Below, in pieces: positions 21,139-31,015 of a DNA stretch of 64,000 nt. This DNA comes from Aureliella sp. (lineage in GTDB: Bacteria > Planctomycetota > Planctomycetia > Pirellulales > Pirellulaceae): the NCBI GenBank assembly GCA_963691875.1, contig OY829846.1, positions 1,856,001 through 1,920,000 on the forward strand, written 5' to 3'. How positions within the stretch are numbered: position 1 is the stretch's first letter; every line of letters begins with the position of its first letter. The translations under genes were made by a program, and so were the position numbers. The notes under the pieces were generated by a model. The model did no database searches and was not told where the DNA came from. It worked only from the letters and a program-made list of their open reading frames with translations.

Positions 21139-22434
21139 TCACTTTTTCCATACCGGCCCATCTGGAAAACTAAACGCGGCGATCGACTCCGGCCTCATTG
21201 TCGCACTGTAGCCAGGAGCCGTAGGTGGCATGTAGCGTCCGCCTTGCATCACGATCGGATCCACAAAGTGTTCGTGCAAGTGATCAGCATATTCCGTGAT
21301 GCGATCTTCTAAACTGGCCGCCACGCAGATGTAATCGATCATCGCCAAGTGCTGCACGTACTCGCACAAGCCGACACCGCCAGCATGCGGGCACACGGGC
21401 ACATCGAATTTCTTCGCCATAAGTTGCACAGCGAGAACTTCGTTCACACCGCCGAGTCGGCAGCTATCAATTTGACAGACCTGCAAGCCATCAGCTTGCA
21501 AGAACTGCTTGAACATCACGCGATTGTGGCACATTTCTCCGGTTGCCACTTTGATCGGTGCTACAGCCTTGGCGATTGCAGCGTGCCCAAGGATGTCGTC
21601 TGGCGAAGTTGGCTCTTCGATGAACCAGGGCTTGAACTCGGCCAAGTGCCTCATGTGTTCAATGGCCGTATCGACGTCCCAAACTTGATTCGCATCGACC
21701 ATCAAACGCTTGTCCCAGCCAATCTCTTCGCGAATGATGCGGCAGCGTCGAATATCATCTTCAATGTCCCGACCGACCTTGATCTTAAAGTGCGACCAAC
21801 CACGAGCCATCAAGCTGCGACACAGCTCTCGTAGCTTGTCATCCGAGTAGCCTAACCAACCAGCCGAAGTCGTGTAGGAAGGGTAGCCCTGACTCTGCAT
21901 TTCAGACACGCGATCCGCTCGTGTGGCATAATTTTGCTCCAGCAACTCCAGAGCCTCTTCCGGTCGCAGAGCATCGCTGATGTACCGAAAGTCGATACAG
22001 TCGACTTGCTGCTGTGGACTCATATCGCAAACGAGTTGCCAAAGCGGTTTTCCTTCGACTTTGGCGTAAAGATCCCACCAGGCATTCACGACAGCCGCAG
22101 TCGCCAGATGAATCACCCCTTTTTCAGGGCCGACCCAACGCAGCTGACTATCACCGTTGAGATGACGCCAGAATTTGCCCGGGTTCTCCCGAAAACGATC
22201 TAGGCTCTGGCCAACAATCAATGGCTCCAGCGACTTGATCGCCGCGGCGCACAGCTCGTTGCCTCGGCCAATCGTAAACGTCAAGCCGCTTCCTTGGTGC
22301 TGTCCATCCGTATGCAGCGTCACGTAGGCGCAGGAGTAATCCGGATCTGGGTTCATTGCATCGGAACCATCGAGTTGCTCCGAGGTAGGAAATCTCAGGT
22401 CGTGAACTTCGATGCTTTGGACAGTTGTTGACAA
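21139..22434 (-). CDS. fucD: L-fuconate dehydratase (enolase superfamily, rTS-beta/ENOSF1-like)
   Basis: DLRFPTS..DGSDAMNPDPDYS, TFTIGRGN, LRWVGPEKGVIHLA, YTTSAGWLGY, KIKVG, DANQ, EEP, TGE, CPHAGGVGLCE. Confidence 0.9.
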   Translation of the reverse strand: MSTTVQSIEVHDLRFPTSEQLDGSDAMNPDPDYSCAYVTLHTDGQHQGSGLTFTIGRGNELCAAAIKSLEPLIVGQSLDRFRENPGKFWRHLNGDSQLRWVGPEKGVIHLATAAVVNAWWDLYAKVEGKPLWQLVCDMSPQQQVDCIDFRYISDALRPEEALELLEQNYATRADRVSEMQSQGYPSYTTSAGWLGYSDDKLRELCRSLMARGWSHFKIKVGRDIEDDIRRCRIIREEIGWDKRLMVDANQVWDVDTAIEHMRHLAEFKPWFIEEPTSPDDILGHAAIAKAVAPIKVATGEMCHNRVMFKQFLQADGLQVCQIDSCRLGGVNEVLAVQLMAKKFDVPVCPHAGGVGLCEYVQHLAMIDYICVAASLEDRITEYADHLHEHFVDPIVMQGGRYMPPTAPGYSATMRPESIAAFSFPDGPVWKK

Positions 22435-22557
22435 GATGAGTTCTCGAGAGGAGTTAGCTAAAACGAAAGGATTGACTGAATGCTATCCGAAGCGATGTTA
22501 AGATAAAAGCTGGGTGCAACTGGTTTGAGATTCATCCACTACACGGGATCAAGCTCC

Positions 22558-24351
22558 ATGCGACTGCGAATGCTGCTGACAGGCCTTCTGTTTTTTGCGT
22601 CACAATCGCTCGTGGCGCAGGCTCACACTCAATCCAAAACCAAGCAGAAACCGCATCCTGACGCGCTACCGAACAGGCACAAGCTGGGAGAGGTCGACCG
22701 TCCGGAGCTCGTGGCCTCCATCGTCGCTCATCCAAGTCAACTCGCTGGATTGGTGATCGACGAAACCGACGCGGAACTTGTCGGCGAATGGCAGTACTCG
22801 ACGCACACACCGCCATACTTCGGGCTAGGCTATCTGCATGATCGAAAAAGCAACAAAGGTGATAGCTCCGCTACTTTTCGTTTTCACGTCCCCATCACCG
22901 GTGAGTACGAGGCCCGCGTTTCACATTGCTACAACGTTCGCCGTGCGACGAATACACCTGTCACCATCAAACATGCGGATGGTACGAAGAACCTGAAAAT
23001 TAACCAACAAGAGCAACCCAACCACGACAAGCTGTTTCGCTCTCTGGGCACCTTCCGTTTTGACGCTCACCAGGAATCCTTCGTTAGATTCTCCAACGAA
23101 GGCACTGAGGGCAAGTATGTAATTGTTGACGCGGTCCAGCAACTGCCGGTTTCGACGGCTCGTTATCCGAAGCAGCCGGTTCAAGATCTCGGTGCAACCG
23201 CTGGCGGCAGGTATCGCGTCAAAACTGACACAGCAACCCTAATTCCTTTTCGCGTCACGATTCCTGGTACTAAAGTTCGCTTCCAGATGGTCCCGATTCC
23301 TGGCCGCAAAGCCAACGATGACAAACCCGCCGTCGGGCCATTCTGGATGGCTACTTGTGAAGTCACTTGGGCAGAGTTCCATGAGTTTATGAAGTTGCAT
23401 ACATTGCTTCACAAACTGCGACAGCAACGCAGGAATATCGATCCGGTAGAAGACCAACATCAAATTGACGCAGTCACTGCACCTACTCCAATTTACGACC
23501 CGACATATCAATTCCATTCAGCAAAAGCAGCTGACTACCCTGCTAACGCGATGACACGATATTCCCCGCGACAATACACGAAATGGCTGAGCCTCATTAC
23601 CGGGCTTTCTTTTCGCTTGGCCACAACAGACGAATGGGAGCACGCGTGTCTGGCTGGCACGAAGGGGCCGTTCCATTTTGGCGATCTCAGCGAAGCGAAA
23701 GATTTCGCGTTCTACAACGGAAAACTTGAAAACTCAGGACGCACGGCAAGCGAGAAGGCTAGCTTCCTAGACTTCAGGCCCCAAGCGGTTGGCAAGTTGA
23801 AGCCCAATGCATGGGGACTCTACGACATGCACGGCAATGTACCCGAGTGGGTCGTCGACCGAAAGCTGATTCAAAACCATCATCAATGGCTCACAGAATA
23901 CTTTGAACCGACTAGTGCAAGTAGTGAGGAGAGTTGGGAGAAGAATGTCACCCAGATGTACCACATGGGAGGCTCATGCTTGGAACCACTAAGCAAAAGC
24001 AGCGCTTCGCTTATCCAGACTGCCTCGAGAGAGTATTGGATTGATGATCCATGCCTCCCCGTCAGCTCATGGTGGTTCGCTCCCGAATCCCACACTCCAG
24101 GATTCCGAATAGTCTGTTCACTTGGCACCGAGAATCGCTCTGAACTCGAAGCATTCTGGGGCCCTGATTCCGAAGGACTAACTAGTGACCTCATCGCTAC
24201 ACTCGAAATGGGTAGGACTGAGGGAGTCGTACCAAACGAGCCCGCAGTTCTTCAGCAACTTCGCTCAGAGACCTCTTTTAGGAGAAGTCCTTGGGAATTC
24301 TACGAGGAATACCAGCAACGAATTGAGAGAAGGAGAAACCGCGAGCGGTAG
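22558..24351 (+). CDS. secreted golvesin/xanthan-lyase-type beta-sandwich fused to FGE/SUMF1-like domain
   Basis: Signal peptide; AELVGEW..ST..GYLHD..KG..ATF...VIVDAVQ; FGE motifs EVTWAEF, FRLATTDEWEHAC, KPNAWGLYDMHGNVPEWV, PGFRIV. Confidence 0.8.
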   Translation: MRLRMLLTGLLFFASQSLVAQAHTQSKTKQKPHPDALPNRHKLGEVDRPELVASIVAHPSQLAGLVIDETDAELVGEWQYSTHTPPYFGLGYLHDRKSNKGDSSATFRFHVPITGEYEARVSHCYNVRRATNTPVTIKHADGTKNLKINQQEQPNHDKLFRSLGTFRFDAHQESFVRFSNEGTEGKYVIVDAVQQLPVSTARYPKQPVQDLGATAGGRYRVKTDTATLIPFRVTIPGTKVRFQMVPIPGRKANDDKPAVGPFWMATCEVTWAEFHEFMKLHTLLHKLRQQRRNIDPVEDQHQIDAVTAPTPIYDPTYQFHSAKAADYPANAMTRYSPRQYTKWLSLITGLSFRLATTDEWEHACLAGTKGPFHFGDLSEAKDFAFYNGKLENSGRTASEKASFLDFRPQAVGKLKPNAWGLYDMHGNVPEWVVDRKLIQNHHQWLTEYFEPTSASSEESWEKNVTQMYHMGGSCLEPLSKSSASLIQTASREYWIDDPCLPVSSWWFAPESHTPGFRIVCSLGTENRSELEAFWGPDSEGLTSDLIATLEMGRTEGVVPNEPAVLQQLRSETSFRRSPWEFYEEYQQRIERRRNRER

Positions 24352-24513
24352 CTGCCACTCAAGCATAAGTGCTTGATTATTATTCATTTGCCGCGCATCG
24401 TTTAGAATGTCTGCCTTGGAAGCAGCCGCAAACCGAATGACTAAAATGACAAATGTCGATTCCGCTTGTTTAAACTGCTCCTCTTCCATACCACCGTTCT
24501 TCATATTGGTCAC

Positions 24514-25482
24514 ATGATGAAATTTCCCCGCCAATTCTCCGCTCTCATTCTCGCTGTTCCCTTGATGTCATTGCTGGCAGCCCCAGGGAAGCTCCAAGCT
24601 CAAGAGCCTGAAAAACCCCGGATGCTCTTTGTCACGCAGAGCAAGGGGTTTGTACACAATCCAGTGAAGCGAAAAAGTGCGGAGCGAAGCGGTGCCGAAC
24701 TGGCCATGATGCAGTTGGCGAAAGACACCGGCCAATTCACGGTGGCTTGCACCCAGAATGTCGAAGTTGACTTTACGGCGGAAAACTTGGAGAACTTCGA
24801 TATCGTTGCCTTCTACACCACCGGCAAGCTTCCGATCTCGCCAGAGACCTTTGAATTCTTTCTGAAGAAGTGGTTGCCGCAGAAAGGTAAAGGGGTAATG
24901 GGCTTCCATTCCGCTACCGATACCTTCAAGGACTTTGAACCGTACTGGGACTTGATGGGCGGAACCTTCAATGGGCACCCATGGGGAGCCAACTCGACTG
25001 TCACGATGCAAATCCATGATCTCGACCATCCTGGCATGAAGCCTTTCGGCGCCGAACAGTTCGAGTTTAAAGATGAGATTTACCAGTACAATCACTGGCA
25101 ACCGGAGAAAGTGCATCTTTTGATGAGCCTGGACATGGAGCACACGCAACTGAAGCGTCCGTACCATGTTCCCGTTGCTTGGTGCAAGAAAATAGGTGAA
25201 GGCAAACTGTTCTACAACAACATGGGACACCGTGACGATACTTGGACCAACAAGGCTTTCCTTGGTTCGATCACCGGAGCCGTTCGTTGGATCGCTGGTA
25301 AAGAGAAGGGCGATGCCACTCCGAATCCAGAAGTGTCGGCTGCTCAGCAAAAGGCCTCCGAAGAATTCGCCGCGGCAGCAGGTGTTACTTCCGCGAAGCT
25401 AGAGGCGGAAAAGAAGGTCAAAGCCGCTGCCGCAGCAGCTCGACGGGCTGCGAAAGAAAAGCAGAAGAAGGCTGGCAAGTAA
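24514..25482 (+). CDS. ThuA-like (trehalose utilisation) domain protein
   Basis: Signal peptide; TQSKGFVH, GFHSATDT, GGTFNGHPW, KDEIYQY, PVAW, FYNNMGH. Confidence 0.88.
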   Translation: MMKFPRQFSALILAVPLMSLLAAPGKLQAQEPEKPRMLFVTQSKGFVHNPVKRKSAERSGAELAMMQLAKDTGQFTVACTQNVEVDFTAENLENFDIVAFYTTGKLPISPETFEFFLKKWLPQKGKGVMGFHSATDTFKDFEPYWDLMGGTFNGHPWGANSTVTMQIHDLDHPGMKPFGAEQFEFKDEIYQYNHWQPEKVHLLMSLDMEHTQLKRPYHVPVAWCKKIGEGKLFYNNMGHRDDTWTNKAFLGSITGAVRWIAGKEKGDATPNPEVSAAQQKASEEFAAAAGVTSAKLEAEKKVKAAAAAARRAAKEKQKKAGK

Positions 25483-25497
25483 GCCAGAATTTGCTCC

Positions 25498-27582
25498 ATG
25501 AAACTAATGGATTCCATGCGAATAACGCTTCGCCCATTCTGCTTGGCTGACTCAGTTGGCGTCTGTTTCCTTTCGTTGGCCTTTCTGACTCCGTTCCTCG
25601 GTGGAAGTTTAGCAGCGGCAGAAGACACAGCCCAGTCTGTAATGCTCAAGGGCAAGTCGGCGCAACTTGTGCGGAATTACTGCATCGATTGTCATTCTGG
25701 CGACGATCCCGAAGGCGACTTTCTGATTGCGACTGCTGACGAGGCGAAGACGCCAAAGGACGTCGAGCCTGCACATTGGCTCAAACTAATCAATGTGCTC
25801 AAGACGCGAAGCATGCCTCCCTCCGATTCGGAACGACCTGCGGACGAAGAGTATCTCTCGACCGTCGAAGAGTTGCAGATGACTCTACACGAAGAACTCC
25901 AAGAGCTACCAATTCCGACAACTCCAATTCGGCGGATGAATCGAGCTCAGTACGCGAACGCGGTTCAAGATCTCTTTCGGCTCAATGTAGAAGTCTTCGC
26001 TTTGCCGGAGAAGATGGCGCGCGACTACGGCTACTACAAACCGGCTTCAGGCAAGATGGCAGACTCGCTTAAAGTGGGAAGTCGTCCTCTTGGCAAATCG
26101 CAGTTGATCGGAAAAAGGCTGGCCGGTGTTGCTCCTTTCCCACAGGATCTGCGTGCCGAGCATGGGTTTGATAATCGCGGCGAGTTGTTGACTTTATCAC
26201 CTCTGTTGTTGGAGTCATTTCTGAGGCTTAGCAAGTCGATCGTCGAGAGCCCCGACTTTGGGCCTAAGAACGTCGGGATCTGGGCCGAATGTTTTGCGAC
26301 ACCCGCTGGATGGAAGAGCCTCTCACGCGACGACCAAAATATTTTGCTTCGAGAACGTATTCAAGAATTACTTCGGGTCGCTTTCCGCAGAAGTGTCGAA
26401 ACTAAGATCCTCGACCGTTACGTGGACTACGCTGCCGACCAGATAGCAAAGGAGCAAGAATTTTCGGAGGTCATGAAATCCGTCGCGTCGGCGGTGCTCG
26501 CCTCGCCCAAATTCTTTTACTTGAACGATGCATCTGCGGCGAATTCCGATGAAGCTTCGAACAACTTCACGCTCGCCTCGCGGTTGTCGTTCTTCCTGTG
26601 GGGCAGCATTCCAGACGGGACGCTATTGGATCTAGCGGCGAATGGAGAACTGCGAAAAACAGAAGTATTGCGTGAACAAGTTCAGCGAATGATCGAAGAC
26701 CCGCGTTCCAAGCGATTTTGCGATAGTTTTCCTGCTCAGTGGTTGCAGCTTGAACGCATTGTTTCGTCGGTGCCGGACAGACAGCTCTTCCCCGATTTCT
26801 ACTTTGCGAAGTTCCGGGCGAGTATGCACATGATGTTGGAACCATTGCTGGTCTTCGAAACGATCTTGGTCGAAAACCGATCGATCCTGGAGCTGGTGCA
26901 TTCCGATTTCAGCTATCGCTCCGACTTGCTCACCAAGTGGTATCAAGGTGGTCGTGGCAGTACCCCGCCCACTGCGATTCCTTTCTCAAGAGTGAAAGTA
27001 GACGATATTCGCCAAGGCGGCGTAATCACCACTCTTGCCGCCATGACGATGACTTCATCGCCGACTGAAACGAAGCCCATCACGCGCGGAGCCTGGCTGG
27101 CAACCGTGCTATTGAATGATCCGCCCGAGCCACCACCGGCCGACGTCCCGCCACTGCCGAATGACGATCCTGAGCTAGACAAGAAAACAATTCGCGAGCA
27201 GCTGTCGGTTCACCGAGAAAATGCGGCGTGTGCGGGTTGCCACAATCAGCTTGATCCACTCGGTTTCGCCTTTGAAAATTACGACCCCGTTGGACGGTGG
27301 CGAGACAGTTATGAAAACGATCTCGCCATCGACGTAGGCGGAGAATTGTTTGGCCGCTGGTTTCGCAATATCGAAGAATTCAAGCAGATTGTGCTAGCCG
27401 AAGATCGCTTGTTTGCCGAAGCGTTTACCAGACATCTACTCTCCTATGCACTAGGGAGAGCCCTTGAGCCGGTGGACGAGTTGTCGATCGCTGAGATCGT
27501 AGAAAGGTCCAAGGACGATGGATATCCGCTACGACTTGTCTTACAAAACATTGCATCCAGCCCAGCCTTTCTGGGGAATTGA
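25498..27582 (+). CDS. DUF1592/DUF1588/DUF1587-family (PSD2-5/PSCyt3) cytochrome c protein
   Basis: CIDCH and CAGCH; IRRMNRAQYANAVQDL, LASRLSFFLWGSIPD, PITRGAW, DPLGFAFENYDPVGRWR, LLSYALGR. Confidence 0.9.
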   Translation: MKLMDSMRITLRPFCLADSVGVCFLSLAFLTPFLGGSLAAAEDTAQSVMLKGKSAQLVRNYCIDCHSGDDPEGDFLIATADEAKTPKDVEPAHWLKLINVLKTRSMPPSDSERPADEEYLSTVEELQMTLHEELQELPIPTTPIRRMNRAQYANAVQDLFRLNVEVFALPEKMARDYGYYKPASGKMADSLKVGSRPLGKSQLIGKRLAGVAPFPQDLRAEHGFDNRGELLTLSPLLLESFLRLSKSIVESPDFGPKNVGIWAECFATPAGWKSLSRDDQNILLRERIQELLRVAFRRSVETKILDRYVDYAADQIAKEQEFSEVMKSVASAVLASPKFFYLNDASAANSDEASNNFTLASRLSFFLWGSIPDGTLLDLAANGELRKTEVLREQVQRMIEDPRSKRFCDSFPAQWLQLERIVSSVPDRQLFPDFYFAKFRASMHMMLEPLLVFETILVENRSILELVHSDFSYRSDLLTKWYQGGRGSTPPTAIPFSRVKVDDIRQGGVITTLAAMTMTSSPTETKPITRGAWLATVLLNDPPEPPPADVPPLPNDDPELDKKTIREQLSVHRENAACAGCHNQLDPLGFAFENYDPVGRWRDSYENDLAIDVGGELFGRWFRNIEEFKQIVLAEDRLFAEAFTRHLLSYALGRALEPVDELSIAEIVERSKDDGYPLRLVLQNIASSPAFLGN

Positions 27583-27594
27583 TAGAGAGTTGCT

Positions 27595-28941
27595 ATGCGT
27601 GACAGAAGACACTTTTTGAAGCTAACGGGCGGCGCGAGCCTCAGCCTGCCTTGGTTCGCGAGTCAAGCGACTGCGAGCTCCAGCAGCGAGAGGAAACCTC
27701 CTCGCAGGCTCGCATTTTTCTATGTGCCAATTGGCGTGGTTCGCAAAGCATTCTTTCCCGGCGAAGCCAACGCATTATTGCCTGCCGGTAACAACTTTGA
27801 TCCGAAGAAGATCACAGGTCGAGAATCTGTGAAACTTGGCGTTCAAGATTTTCCTAACACACCAACACTTGAACCGCTTCAGGAACTGAAAGATAAAGTG
27901 AGTCTAATCACCTCGCTTGATCGTACGTTTCAGATCGGCACGGACGTTCATGCTCAGTGTGCATCCTGCTTCCTGAGTAGTGCGGCTCCCTTCAGTGTTT
28001 CGACTTCAGCCTGGCCACTCGCACGAACTTTAGATCAAATCGTCGCTGATCACATCGGGCAGGATACGCCATTTCGGACGATTGAGATTAGTTGCAATAG
28101 CCACAAGGACAATCGCGAGTCGATCTACTTCGACAACATCTCGTGGTATGGCACCGGGCACGTTGCTCCATCGATTCGCAATCCACGCAAGCTGTACCAA
28201 CGTTTGTTTAGCACAAGTGAAATTGACTCGTTCCGTAATATCACCGATCTTGCCTTGGCCGACGCCAAGGACATGCAGCGTGAACTGGGGCAAGGTGACC
28301 GCCGGAAGTTCGAAGAGTACTTCGAGTCGATCCGTACGATTGAAAAGCAAATGAATCGACTGGAGTCACTCAAATCGGAATTGGCCAATGTGACTTTGGA
28401 GGAACCGACTGATTCGCATTTGCCTCGTGGTGAGTACATTCGACTAATGGGCGACATGATGATTGTCGCTTTGCAGAGCGGACTGACAAACGTCGCTTCG
28501 CTGATGATTGGCCCAGAACGCTGGGACACGCCTTTCTTATTCGAGGGTTTGTTTGAAAAGCCGATGAGCCATCATCAGATGTCGCATAACCAACGCAAGT
28601 TCTCTGAGCAGTTGATTGAGGTCGACAAGTTCCACATGCGGCAATACGCATACATGATCGAGCGGATGAGTGCGATTGAAGAGGCTGACGGAAGCTCGCT
28701 GCTTGACAATACGCTCTTTACCTACGGCTCAGGCTTAGGTGACGGCTCGACGCACCAATACAACGACTTGCCCATCATCGTGGCAGGCAAGGGCGGAGGT
28801 GGTTTCCGGAACGGTATTCACTTGAACTGCGAAGAAAGCACGCCACTAGCGAATCTTTGGCTCACACAGGCTCAAGTGACAGGCGCTGAAATTGAACAAT
28901 TCGCCGACAGCAACGGTACTATCGAATCGCTGCTCGTGTAG
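27595..28941 (+). CDS. DUF1552 family protein (Tat signal)
   Basis: RRHFLK...LSLPW; PPRRLAFFYVPIG, TLDQIVA, NISW, HHQMSH, SLLDNT..YGSG, LPIIVAG, PLANLW, FADS. Confidence 0.92.
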   Translation: MRDRRHFLKLTGGASLSLPWFASQATASSSSERKPPRRLAFFYVPIGVVRKAFFPGEANALLPAGNNFDPKKITGRESVKLGVQDFPNTPTLEPLQELKDKVSLITSLDRTFQIGTDVHAQCASCFLSSAAPFSVSTSAWPLARTLDQIVADHIGQDTPFRTIEISCNSHKDNRESIYFDNISWYGTGHVAPSIRNPRKLYQRLFSTSEIDSFRNITDLALADAKDMQRELGQGDRRKFEEYFESIRTIEKQMNRLESLKSELANVTLEEPTDSHLPRGEYIRLMGDMMIVALQSGLTNVASLMIGPERWDTPFLFEGLFEKPMSHHQMSHNQRKFSEQLIEVDKFHMRQYAYMIERMSAIEEADGSSLLDNTLFTYGSGLGDGSTHQYNDLPIIVAGKGGGGFRNGIHLNCEESTPLANLWLTQAQVTGAEIEQFADSNGTIESLLV

Positions 28942-29516
28942 CAAGACTTCAAGCAAAGCTTTTCGTGTAGCACCAACATCACTCTTTCTTCACAGTGGCT
29001 TACACAAATCGTCTTAGCCCTCATTCGGCCCCTCTATTCCCGGCTGGGCACACAAAATGGCAACCATGCTGCTCAGCCATAGGAAAGTAGCCTGGATTGT
29101 AGCCCCCTACTCTAGCCATCGTTCCAATCGCGGCACCCGAACATAGAGCCGTTGTTTGCAGTAGAGGAGAAAGTCCGAATCCGATTGCAAGACCGTTGAG
29201 GACTGAAACAGCGGTCGCACCAGATCGAGTCACTAGCTTAGTTGTCGACTTTGCAATGGCTGAAAATGCGAACATCCACAATGAATGTTGAGCCAAGCAA
29301 CTTCACCTACCACAGGCACTGAATGCGACGTGAGGGCGCAGTCGAAGGAATTAGAAGCAGTGTGAACATTTGCACAGCTTGGACCTAGTGAGATGGTAGA
29401 TTCTATCGACGTTTTTGTTTGAATCAAATACAGCGAGGGAACATTCAGGGCTATCTATGTGCAAGTTGCCCACCCGAGAGCACACTGACAAGTCAGTGCC
29501 AGGCAAAGCCCAAGCA

Positions 29517-30974
29517 TTAGATTATTTCGTGCACGACTTCACCGTGCACATCGGTGAGTCGATAGCGGCGGCCTTGATACTTGAAGGTCAGTCGCTGGTG
29601 GTCGATGCCTAGCTGGTGAAGCAGTGTGGCGTTTAGATCGTGAATGTGTACGGGGCGTTCCACAACATTGTAGCTGTACTCATCAGTGGTTCCGATAGAC
29701 ATTCCTGGTTTGATGCCACCGCCGGCAAGCCACATGGTCGAACAACGAGGATGATGGTCGCGACCGTAGTTGTTTGCCGTCAGTTTTCCTTGGCTGTAAG
29801 CCGTTCGTCCGAACTCGCCGCCCCAAACAACGAGCGTATCGTCAAGCATACCTCGCTGCCGAAGATCCTCGACCAAAGCTGCAGAGGCTTGATCTGTTTC
29901 TTGGCATTGCCGAGTAATGGCTCCAGGCAGTCCACCATGCTGATCCCACCCTTGGTGGAACAATTGGACGCATCTCACATCGCGTTCGAGTAATCGACGG
30001 GCGAGCAAACAGTTTGCCGCGAAAGTGCCTGGTATCTTCGCGTCGGAGCCGTAGAGTTCCAGCACATGCTGTGGCTCGTCGGAGATGTCCGCAACTTCAG
30101 GAACGGAAGCCTGCATTCGAAAAGCCATCTCGCTTTGCGCGATACGCGATTCAATCACAGGATCAAGCCGCTTTTCAAGTTCAAGCTGATGCAACTGGTT
30201 CATGTGATCCAGCAAGTTCCGCCGACTTTCACGCGAGATGCCAGGTGGATTGTTCAGATAAAGAACTGGATCGTGCCCGGCGCGAAATTGAACACCTTGA
30301 TGATTGGCAGGCAAAAAGCCACTTCCCCAGAGTCTCGAATAGAGTGGCTGTCCGCCTTTGTTCTTCGTCACCATCACGCAAAAAGATGGCAAATTTTCAT
30401 TCGTAGTACCAAGCCCGTAGTCCAGCCAAGCACCAAGCGAGGGACGTCCCGCGATTTGCGAACCAGTTTGAATAAAGGTAATAGCTGGATCGTGATTGAT
30501 AGCTTCGGTGTAAACCGTTTTCACGAAGCAAATTTGATCGGCGATCTTTGCCGTGTGAGGCAATAATTCGCTCAGCCAAGCACCGCTTTCACCGTGCTGC
30601 GAAAACTTGAATTTCGAGCCTGCCAATGGCAGAGTGGCTTGATTGCCGGACATGCCAGTTAGCCGCTGGCCCATCCGGACGGATGCCGGGAGTTCCATTC
30701 CGTTTTGCTTGACCAATTCTGGCTTGTGGTCAAACAAGTCGATCTGCGAAGGCCCGCCGCTTTGAAACAGATAAACGATTCGTTTTGCTTTGGGTTGGTG
30801 ATGAAACTGCGAAAGCAATCCACCTGCCGAGTCATTCGTCAGACTCGCATCGCTAGCGGACAGGCTGCGGGCCAGGATCTGTGATGCTGCGAATGTCCCA
30901 ACTCCGAGCGAAGTGCGTCCGAAGAAGTGACGCCGAGTTTGGGAATTGAGTTGGTGATTCAGATGGTCGTGCAT
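29517..30974 (-). CDS. DUF1501 family protein (Tat signal)
   Basis: TRRHFF; AKRIVYLFQSGGPSQIDLFDHKP, INHDPA, GWDQH, WGGEFGRT, GRDHHP. Confidence 0.92.
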   Translation of the reverse strand: MHDHLNHQLNSQTRRHFFGRTSLGVGTFAASQILARSLSASDASLTNDSAGGLLSQFHHQPKAKRIVYLFQSGGPSQIDLFDHKPELVKQNGMELPASVRMGQRLTGMSGNQATLPLAGSKFKFSQHGESGAWLSELLPHTAKIADQICFVKTVYTEAINHDPAITFIQTGSQIAGRPSLGAWLDYGLGTTNENLPSFCVMVTKNKGGQPLYSRLWGSGFLPANHQGVQFRAGHDPVLYLNNPPGISRESRRNLLDHMNQLHQLELEKRLDPVIESRIAQSEMAFRMQASVPEVADISDEPQHVLELYGSDAKIPGTFAANCLLARRLLERDVRCVQLFHQGWDQHGGLPGAITRQCQETDQASAALVEDLRQRGMLDDTLVVWGGEFGRTAYSQGKLTANNYGRDHHPRCSTMWLAGGGIKPGMSIGTTDEYSYNVVERPVHIHDLNATLLHQLGIDHQRLTFKYQGRRYRLTDVHGEVVHEII

Positions 30975-31015
30975 GATCGATTTGATGCGTTGTAGCGAAT
31001 CTTCTTCTCTTAGTT

